Origin: Callorhinchus milii
Lineage: Eukaryota
DNA length: 64,000 nt
Direction of reading: 5' to 3'
Assembly (NCBI RefSeq): GCF_018977255.1
Contig: NW_024704755.1
Span: forward strand, 3,410,001 to 3,474,000
The position numbers were made by a program, and so were the translations under genes. The notes beneath the pieces are model-generated. The model did not search any database. It saw only the letters and a program-made list of their open reading frames with translations, and was not told where the DNA came from. Positions 51,551 to 61,495 of this stretch are shown piece by piece (positions within the stretch are counted from its first letter, which is position 1; each line of letters opens with the position of its first letter).

Positions 51551-54500
51551 GGGGTAAATGGAATATGCCACAATCTGCTTTGCTGTAAAGTGGGGCCCAT
51601 AAACATTCTTTAGCATATAACATGGGAAAGGCCACATTTTGGTATCTGCCCTTTGGAAAGCATTCAATAAGTGTTGTTTAAATGTCATTTTTATGGGCTG
51701 AGTCCTCAGGGCATTTTTTTTGCCGATTCCCTCATTGCTAGTTCGATTTGCATCTGATGACACGTTTCCTATATCTGAATTGCTATGGTACAAGCCCATT
51801 TACCATCAGCTTGCACATTATTATATGTTATTTAGCTACTTACCGTGAATAGAGGGGGTTAAGAGACACAGGCGCTTGCAAATAAGACTGACATTTCACT
51901 GCAAAGCGCAGTTTGCATTCCTGTTGGAAATTGCAACACAAAAAAATGTTCCTGGTAACCAGAAGCATTTGGTTTGACTGCTCAAATTGCTGTTGTTCGG
52001 GATGGGGGGAGGGGAAAGGAGGGGAGGAGAGAAAACATCACCGCAACCCTTTTTGTGAAGTACTGTGAATGGATTACATTTACTTGGTAATTACATATAT
52101 TTTCCAGTGATTAAGCTTTCGACGGGCTGACCTTTGCACCGGTAATTGGGAGATGCATCAGTTAAAGTAATGGTTTCTACCGCTGGGCTGATTCTAAGCA
52201 ACACTCATAATTGCAGATTATTTGTTACATCGATTAATTAAAACGGTTCTGTCCATCCTGCCTTAAATTTCTGGCTGTCGATACGTCCAGAAAATGGTGA
52301 CAAAATGATGTCTGAGCAGGTAGAATATTGGAGGGAGGGTGGGGGAAAGGGGAGGGTCAAAAATCGCACGCAAAGCTTCAATAAACCGCTAAACAGATTT
52401 TCTTTTTTGAAGGTAAAACAATTCATTATCATAATTATATCCAAGCAATCTCTCAAATCTTTTTATTGCGGTTTTGGAAGAGTTAGTTTGGAAGTTCCAT
52501 TGATTGCCTTCTTCCCACCCACTCTGATACACTGTAGAAGTCAATGGATGACATTTTTACAGCCTCACAAAAATACTATGAGCAGTGTAAATTAATCCCA
52601 GTTGGTTTAATTTATTTCAAGATTTTTTCTGGGCTGGCAGATTCTGACTAGCGCTTTTGACCCAGGCTCATCTATACTAGGGTAATCTAGAGTTTAAGCC
52701 TTTCAAAGACATCTAATTACAGAGGACTTATAGCTTTCCTTATTTAAGTCGACAGTATTACTATTAATCTTTATCAGCGTTCTTCCTCGCCTAATTGTTA
52801 GCGTACGGCCACTGAAATTATGATTAAGCGAAAGACATTATTTGCAATGCTCAGCCCTTTCCTCCTGCCGGGAGGAGTTTTTTTTCAACTTTGTTCATTT
52901 CGTGTTGTACTTAGTAATGCGCATAGTAGTATGGCATTGGCAAACTGACCAGAGACCTAGATCCCATCCGAACCTCTCAAATCTCCCTTGGACCTTGGAG
53001 TGTCTGCCTGTCCAGTGAACGTTAAATATATGGCACTGTTCAAGAAGAGAAGGAAGTTTTTCCCTTATTATTATCTCAATGATACGAAAAGCCATCATAT
53101 CAAGTGGAAGGATTATTTCTTTTTATTTGATATTTTCACTTGTCACATCGCTGAGGAAGCCTGAAAGCTCTCCACACGATTTACTGCAAAGCGTAGTGAC
53201 TGTATTTATGATCGTTCCAGGTCTTTGCATCAGAGGCCAACAGAGGAGATTAATCGAATCATTTCAAGTACTTCACATACATTGCTACTTTACAGAATAT
53301 CTGATCAAAACATGAAATTGTTGCTGAATTATTTAACTCTGCGCCCTGCCCCCAACTAAAATCAAATCATTGTCAAATTCCACCTGGAGACAGGCGCTGA
53401 TCTTAAATGTCTGTTCACTCTGCATAAGATCTATATATTCACCTCCTGTCTTAGGAAACGTTTCTGAAAGATCGTCTTTCAATACAATATAACACAACTT
53501 ACATTTATACAGTGTCTTTCACAGCGAGAGAATGCCTCAAAGAGCCCAACACTGGCTGCCTGGGCACCCAACAGCGACAACAAGTTTCACTTACATAGCA
53601 CCCCTCACCAGGATGACAGTGGCAGAGCTCGACACTGAGCCAGGGGGAGGGAGAAGGTGACCGTAGGCACCCCCGAGCTGGGGATGAGAAGGGGATTTAA
53701 GTACAGTCCTGGTAGAAGCTTAATATTTCAATCAGATTGTCTAGAAATACCACACCACAAATTTGCGGAAGATGAAAGTAACAGGTTGGTCAAGAACATA
53801 GCTTAGCCATACTCAACTGAGCCCCAGTCTGGGCACAACAAGTTTCTGTTCTACTTTTGAAGTACAGTTAAAATAATTCAGGCTGCACCTCATCCTTGAA
53901 ATGGTTCAGAATTATTATCATCACAGAGCATGGAATGGATTGCAGCTTTGCTGAGTTAAGTCTGAACCCTATGGAGGTTTTTTTGTTTGGCTTTCAACGA
54001 TTTTCAGCCCACACCAGGGAAAGACTACTGGCACTTGCTTTCTGCCTTACTGTAATGATGGTGTGCATTGATTTCTACTTCCACAGGCTCAAAGGAGCGC
54101 ACTTTATCCAAATTCACCGACCTAAATTCACTCCGAGCACTAACACTGCTGGTGATGGGTAATGATAATCCTGCAATCTCATACAGCACCTTATCACGTA
54201 TTCAAGCCGACTCAAAGTGCTCACATGGTTTTTAGTAATAATCCTCACATTTGGTATAGCGCCTTTTTTACGTCAGGAGGACGTCCCAAAGCGCTGCACA
54301 GAATGTACCGTAAAGTGTAGTGACTGTGTGTGGCTCTAAAGGCTCTAAGAGGAACACATCCCTGGATTATAGCCCAGATCTGATTTATTAATGCAAAATG
54401 TTACGTAAAACCGAGATTGTTCATCCAATCTATCCTGTAACAGAGTGTCATGTATCGAGGACTTGACGCTTTGAGCCACAATTAATGCAGGACTGAATTG

Positions 54501-55799
54501 ACAGCTCTACAGTCAAGTCATCTTGTTTCATAAAATCCTGGATCGGACCTGGATTTTCTCTGAACAGTATCTGAACTGAATCCCGAGCATTTACAGCAGA
54601 AATGAACTACTTCAGTTCATCACCGTGATTCATTCCAACATGATTCCACACAATGTTCTTTGCGCTTTGAGTGTGTAGCACAGTGGAGGCAACAGAGATA
54701 GACTGTTTCTGATCTCTTTCTCTTGACCTTTCTGATCTGTAACTTGTGTGTATGTGTGTGCGGGGGGTTGGGTATCTTTTATGTCGATCAGATTCAGTGA
54801 ATGAAGATTGAAAGTCGAGGATGAATCAAGGAGCAAGTATCTTAGCGATCTCGACATAGATAACACGAGTAGCTTTTTCTAAAGCTTGCTCTGTGATCAT
54901 TATCAGCACTGCCTCACATTAAGAAACAAAGACTCCTTACGATTGTTAGGATGTGTTTTGTTTGTGTTATTTTAAGCAGCAACAGGAAACTTGTCACAGG
55001 GATGACAAGGCGTTAGCATTAAAGTACCAGATCCTCACCAGAGATGAGCAAGGTAAAGCTTTTCAATGTACAAGCGTTTCTTCTATAAATAAGTATAAGG
55101 AATGCATCAGAAAACTGAAGACCACAGAGTGAAGCCTTGCTATAAGAATGGTTGAAAAAAAATAACCAATGCAAACAAATTGGGGCTTCATTAGATCTTG
55201 GGATTGAATCACACAATGTTCTGTGTATTTAATGATTCTGTGTTAAATTATTCAGTGCTGGATACTCATTGTTTTTTCCAAGATCTTATAATGGTAGGAG
55301 TTGGGCGTAGATCCCAGAAGCTGAAGACACCTACCAATTTTTATTTTTGTCAGTAAGACCTGAGAAAGTTAAGAAATTCGACGGAAGCAAAACGGACAAA
55401 GCAAATTTCAGAGGTAAAAATCGAGCACAAAGGAACTTATCAAAACTGAAGTAAACAAACCGACAAGCATACATAAAAACAAAAACATGGGATGAATTAC
55501 ACCGGGGAAAAAATAGAACTGGGGGGAAAACTATAAATCAACTTGCAATAATTGGATACCAGAATATAATTAAGCGATAAATTCTAGTAATGAGGCAGTG
55601 GATGAGACAATAACATTTTAATGTTGCTGGATAAATGCCAAGCCTCCAGTGCCAACCCATTGCATCATGAGGCTTTAGTGTTGCATGCAGTAGTTCAGAA
55701 CTAAATATACTGGTGTTATGCTTTTTTGTTAAAGGACATGAATGAGATAGTAACTCTATGTGGAAGTATCACTCATGAGAAACTACCTTTCAGTGAAGT

Positions 55800-56280
55800 T
55801 CGCAACACAAACAAGAATAAACGACCAATCCCATCGTGTCTGCCCAGCCAATTCTGTAAATCGTTCCCAGTTCTTTATACCTTTAATCCCATTTCCTGGC
55901 TCTTTCTCCATCTCGTTTAATCCCCTAATTTTTTCATGTCTCCCGATTAAACACCTCCATTTCTCAAAACTCTTTGTTTGGTTTCGCTTCAAACCAGTTT
56001 AGCTCTAATTCAAAAACTAAGTCTCCTAGGTTGGGATTTGTCTCGTTGAATCATTCCCAATCAGCCTTGACAACTCTCTTTGTTATTAATACCTTAATCA
56101 AAACATCTCGTCACCTTCTCAGCTTTGAGCAACACAACCACAGAGAACTCCTTCCTTCCCTGGAATCACCTTAGTTTCAACTTGTTGCCACTTTAAAGGG
56201 CTCCTCTGTAGATTTTTTGATCTACCCATTGGAGCAGACGTATTACAGCACGATAGGGCAAGCAGACACTTTGCAATTTG
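55800..56280 (-). mobile_element. Old, degraded CR1-like LINE 3' region
   Basis: The tail gctgggcagacacgatggg and a decayed upstream RT-like stretch (gtgacgagatgttttgattaaggtatt) resemble other CR1 remnants. Confidence 0.45.
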
Positions 56281-56970
56281 TCCATTTCAAGGAACAGAGG
56301 GAAAGGGGACAGCAATGTTTCTGACCTCTTTGAAGACAGATTATTTTCTTCTTTGAGTATTTCTGACACCAATGTTGTAGCAGGTTAAAGGTGTGCTCTC
56401 CTACCAGTAACCTGTATCCAATGTCCAGGCAACGTGTGGGTAAGTGATGAACACGAGAGGCACCAGGAAGGGGAAAGTGAAGAAAGGAGGAGCAGATGCA
56501 TCCCAGAACTCAGTGAACAAGTGGGTGCTCGAGGGGAAGCAAAGGCAACAGCAGTGTCTGTTTCCAGCAAGTGGCGAGAGGAGAGATGCCGGCAGGTGCA
56601 GTTAACACGGACACAAGCCTCCAGGGCAGGCCAGGATCTAGTTATAGTAATGCTCGCATTACATGGAATTTGATGCAAAAAGTGCAGCGTAAATCAGGTT
56701 TAAAAAGGAATCAATTTGATTCCAAGCTCGGCTTCCAAACTCCCTGCAGGAGGTGGTTTCCCAATTAAATCACAGCGTCTGGCTTCAGCACAAATTGGGT
56801 TTGTTTTTATTGCCATTAGAGATTCATTTTGTCAGCAGTTCGCTTTGAAAGCAAACTGCGATGCGGGTCAGGCTATTGGACTTCCCCAAGTTGTTAGCGA
56901 GGCTTCTGGACAGAGAAAGAGCAGCCAGCAACCCACACAGCGTGCAGACAAAACTGGACACTCCACTTAC

Positions 56971-57149
56971 CTCCCGGTCTAGCATTGTGGGCGGCACCAC
57001 AGTAACAATGTCTCCTTTTTCGGGGTCTATGTAGAACATGTTCGGCGATGGGGTCTTGGGTGTCTGACTCAGGATGCTGTAGCGTAGAACTGCGTTGTCT
57101 GTGTTGGGGTCATCCGCGTCATAAGCCGTCATTTGCATGATCGTGGTTC
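56971..57149 (-). CDS. cdh13: Cadherin-13 internal coding exon (equivalent to human exon 7), EC2
   Basis: 179 nt between the acceptor ttgtttcAG and the donor GTAAGT. Translates (G)[59 protein letters not shown], closely matching recalled human CDH13 [24 protein letters not shown]...[19 protein letters not shown]...LLDRE. DADD and LDRE calcium-binding motifs are present. Phase 1 to 0. Confidence 0.97.
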
Positions 57150-57232
57150 CTGAAACAAGAGAGTTTCAAAAAAAATTCACGGCTCCGTTCACTTCAGTAC
57201 TTTTATTCTTGCGTCAGTAAAATCGACACCTA

Positions 57233-57470
57233 CGTTTCGTCCACAAAATATACAGTCAATTCACTTTACAGTATATTCTGTGAAGTGCTTTAAAACGTTT
57301 TGCAGACGTGATGATAATAGTAATAATAATAATCCTTGTATTTGATACTGCGCCTTACCAAGTTTTTGAGACGTCACAAAGCGCTTCACAGAATATACTG
57401 TGAAGTGAATTGACTGTATATTTTCTGGGTGAAACGCGGCAGCCAATTGCGCACAGCAGCGTCCCCGCAA
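57233..57470. mobile_element. Tail-to-tail inverted pair of SINE 3' fragments
   Basis: A plus copy at ~57233-57320 and a minus copy at ~57322-57470 meet in a (TAA)n tract. Confidence 0.9.
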
Positions 57471-57494
57471 GCGATAAGGCGCTACATCAAATGC

Positions 57495-57920
57495 AAGGTC
57501 TCAGTCGATAACATTCTTGCCTCTGAGGTAAAAGGTTGTGGGTTCGAGCCCCATACCAGGCCTTTGAACCCACATAGTGTAGGCCGACACTCCAGTGCAG
57601 TGCTGGGCTACACTGTTGGAGGTGCCGTCCTTGGAGTAAGACATTAAACCAAGATACCGTGTGCCTGTTCACATAGACATTAAGATCCCATGTTACTATT
57701 CTCAAAGGGAAGAGTTTCTCTCGCTGCCCCGGCCAACAATCCCCCAAATAGAATTTGTCGTTCACTTCATGGCTGTTTTCTAAGGCATTGCCGTGCCCAA
57801 ACGGGCTGTGGTGTTTACCTGCGTAATGCCTAGTTACTTTACTATGAATCACGTGAAGCTCTTTGACAAGTCCTACCGATGTGAAAGGCACTATATCAGA
57901 TTCTAAAATCCTTATTATTA
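57495..57920 (+). mobile_element. Near full-length Deu-domain SINE
   Basis: gcctctgaggtaaaaggttgtgggttcgagccc head, core ggaggtgccgtccttggagtaagacattaaacc, body and tail. Confidence 0.85.
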
Positions 57921-58372
57921 ATAATGTATGATCCTTGTAACTCGTTCAATGCCAATTCTGGGTGGCTTCTCCGAGTTCAGTGAAAGGTCATTGTCGACCT
58001 TGGAAGCTTGGAGTAAAATATCATCAAAAGCCACGCTTTGAGAGCAGGCTCCACTGTTCCACACAAATATACTGCACCATCTGTTTACCAGCTCGTAGCT
58101 CCGTCTAGTGTTACACAATCAGTATCTGAGGCTACTGGGAGTGGACGGAATTATCCCACGCCCATTTTGCAACCCAGTTATAACCGAACGAGCCGTTCAT
58201 AATCCAATCGGTGGTCACAGCGGAACAACTGAAATACAATCTACAACAAATAATCTACAACTGCAATTTTCAATTTGATTTTCATGTAGTTCTGCAACAC
58301 AGAGAGGAAGAACCAGTTGATATGGATGTGGGAGCCTGCACGATTGTGTTACGTATCCGATGGCATCACATT

Positions 58373-58659
58373 GGCGTCCTGTAGCTCAGTGGTTAGTGCT
58401 CTCGCCTCTCAAGCGAGAGACCTGGGTTCGATTCCCGGCAGAGCCAGACCTTGGGCAAATATCCTTACTCCATAATTATCCCTCAAGAAGAAAATTATAA
58501 TAAATTGGTCACTTCAATCCACGACTGTTTGTGGGACACTGCTGCCGCGTTTCACCCACAAATATACAGTCAATTCACTTTACAGTATATTCCGTGAAGT
58601 GCTTTGAGACGTCTCGAGGACTTGAAAAGCGCTATATCAAATGCAAGGATTATTATTAT
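58373..58659 (+). mobile_element. Young short-form tRNA-headed SINE with intact A and B boxes
   Basis: GGCGTCCTGTAGCTCAGTGG...GGTTCGATTCCC...shared tail and (TTA)n. Confidence 0.92.
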
Positions 58660-61447
58660 AGATTTCGTCAAGTAGGTGCAAAGCCACTCTCTCATTCAAT
58701 GTCTCTTATCAACTTTGTCCCATCCTCTTCTCTGCACCAGTTAAACAATCTGCCAAGCCTCTTTGTCGATAGATTTGCAGATGAAGAGAGCTTGGATGAG
58801 GTAGCAACTTGGATAGATTTCTGTTAGGAAATAATATCTTGGGATACAGTATACAGTTTGGGACATGATATGTGTATGCGACTGCCTGAATGGTGGAAGT
58901 CGAACTGGATGTACCTTGGTCTTTTTTTGTCTAGCAATTCTTACATTCTTATGTACCAGAGGATTCCTATACCCCAATGTGCCTTCTTCGACAATTGAGA
59001 AAAAAATTGGGAAGGCAAAATAAAAAAGATGAGCCTCTTTTAGTTCAGAGACTTTTCTAAAAAAATAATTGCAGCAAAGCAAGAGATGATAAAATACCAA
59101 AGCAGAAGGCACACTTCACTCGACAATTTACAAAGAGCCAAAGTGTTTTCATTCCTCTAAAACGTAACTTTGACCGAACAGTCTGGTGTAAGTAAGTTGG
59201 TTAATTATTTAACATGCAGTACTTCAAATAGATAGTTATGCAAATAATCACTGACGTCTCGAATCTTGTTGCCATCGCAAAAGGATTTAACTTTAAATAA
59301 GACTTTCTCACATAGCGAAAGGGGGTTTCTGCATGGTCCTAGAATCCACTCAATTCCTATTCAGTTTTGCAATCGAGGCTAATACTCCCCAGTTTAATGG
59401 ATTCTAAGCTCCTTTACTTGAATTTTGTAGAAAAAGAACTATGGATGAATGTTAGGAAGAATTCAGGGACTTGGTGTAGGTTCATTTTGTTGAGAGTATA
59501 TAGAGTATACAAAATACAATAAATCAAGGGAATTTGGGAGTTAACACCTTCAGACAGTCAATAGCAAAATAAATTGTTCCCCCTGATTCGACCTTGAGAC
59601 AATCTATGAATTCTGAATGGAACATACCTCCCTCTCCTTCCACCATTAGGGAACCCCAACCATTCCCTCTGTTCCACAAGACAACTCAGCAGACACCAGA
59701 ACAATCACCATAAAAAACTTAGGTAAGCAGGAACAGGAGGAGGCCATTCAGCCCATGGAGGTCGATTCACCAATTTATTTGATCTTGACAAATCTTTGAA
59801 TTCCTGGATCCTGCCCTGCCACCAACCCCTCAACACCCATTTACTTTCTGGCTGTCGATGCGGTTCACAGATTGCTTTTGAGTGCAAGGAGATGTGCAAT
59901 GAGAAGCTGTATCTCTCTGTGCATGGTCCATGCTATATTTACAAGAGGCACAGTGTACGCATCAAAATAAATTCCCAGACAACCAAAACCGGCGTTTGGA
60001 ACTTAGAACAGTTCAGAATCAAAAGTGGCTTTCACTGGTTTGAGTAAAAGGTTATACTTCAAATCACATTTTTGTGGCTTTGTACATCCCTTGTCACAGT
60101 CTATGGACATCTTGGATGAGGAAAAAAAAATCAGTGTGTGATATGATAATTATCACCCGTGTTAATTGCTATCATATTCAATGCCACATTCTCCCACCTC
60201 CCACTTTTCTTTGTGTGAGGGGTACATTTCTGTGCCCAACACAACAATCAGCAAAATCTGATTCACAGCACTTACAAGAGCCAAATTAATTTGACCCCCA
60301 CATGGATTCAGTTGAAGAATGTTTATCAAGAAAATCCTTTAATGGTTTTCCAATGACTCTAATAAATCAGTTTTTTTATTGTTATTTCTTTTCCATGGAC
60401 AGCTCAAGGTCCCCATTCTCTTCATCACTGTTCCATTAAATTACAGTGGCTTTGTTCTGAGTTCTCTAATTTGTAGTTCCTTCCCACCCTCCACCGCCCC
60501 CCCCCCCCCCCCACCCCCCAAGCCACGACTCCTTTCGCTGGTAAGAAATTCATCAGGCAAGAACAATGAGGAGCAAGTGGAATTCATTTGCAAGATGAAG
60601 TGAGCAGCAAATAATTCATTTGATGCGGAAATTGATAATCATGAAATTCATTTGCTGTGAATGATGGAATGTATGAGCTCTTTTATGTAACCCATAAATC
60701 AACATTGGGTTGGAGAAGGAAAACTCTGGCATAGCTTGGCAGCAGAAATAATTTCCCATCGTAATGATAATTTGTTTCCTGCTACGTTATTTCATATGAT
60801 TAAACAAGCTCCAAAATATTCCACTTGCTCTATTGAGGGTCTAGTTTTACCATTGTCCAAAAGCCATCTCAAATATACAATGAAAGAGAGGTCTTCTTCC
60901 AGCAGACTTGGTGAGAAAAGGTGTGGAAGTCAAGACTGGTAAGATGTATGTTGAAATATGTTAAGAGCAGAATGCAACTTAAAGTCAAAGATATCGTACA
61001 GAACTCCTCTTAGCACTAAGCCACGGATCACTGACAGTTGAGAGTTCAATTGCAGATCTGTTTTGACTTAGCTGATCTCAAATTGGACACCGATTGAGGT
61101 GCTGCAAATGCCCTAAGCACAGCTGAGGCACATTGTGGGTGTGTATAAATAGAGTGCGCTATGCATCTAATCATCCTGGCACAGAGGATGCTTAAATGCT
61201 GATGCTTTGCTGCCTGAATTAGGAAAGTGTTCAGTTAACCAGCACCAATGTATCTTAGCTCGATGAGCCCAAACTTCACCCCTGAAAGAATCAATATCCA
61301 GAACGCAAAAAATTTACAGCACAAAACAGACACGTTTGACCCATTGTGTCTATGCTCTTTGAAAGAGCGATTCACTCTTTCAAAGGGTGTCCTATTCAAC
61401 TATCATTTCCTCTTAATATCTATCTCTCTATAATATAATAAATTATA

Positions 61448-61495
61448 TTGTATATATTTGTTATATAAATTATATTATATAACAAATATATACAA
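61448..61495. repeat. Perfect 21-bp AT-rich inverted repeat with a 6-nt spacer
   Basis: TTGTATATATTTGTTATATAA-attata-TTATATAACAAATATATACAA. Confidence 0.93.

Noticed and set aside
60581-60654. Mini-CRISPR-like repeat-spacer pattern
   Set aside because: The repeat is only 10 bp with three copies in eukaryotic DNA. It is kept instead as a candidate phased binding-site cluster.
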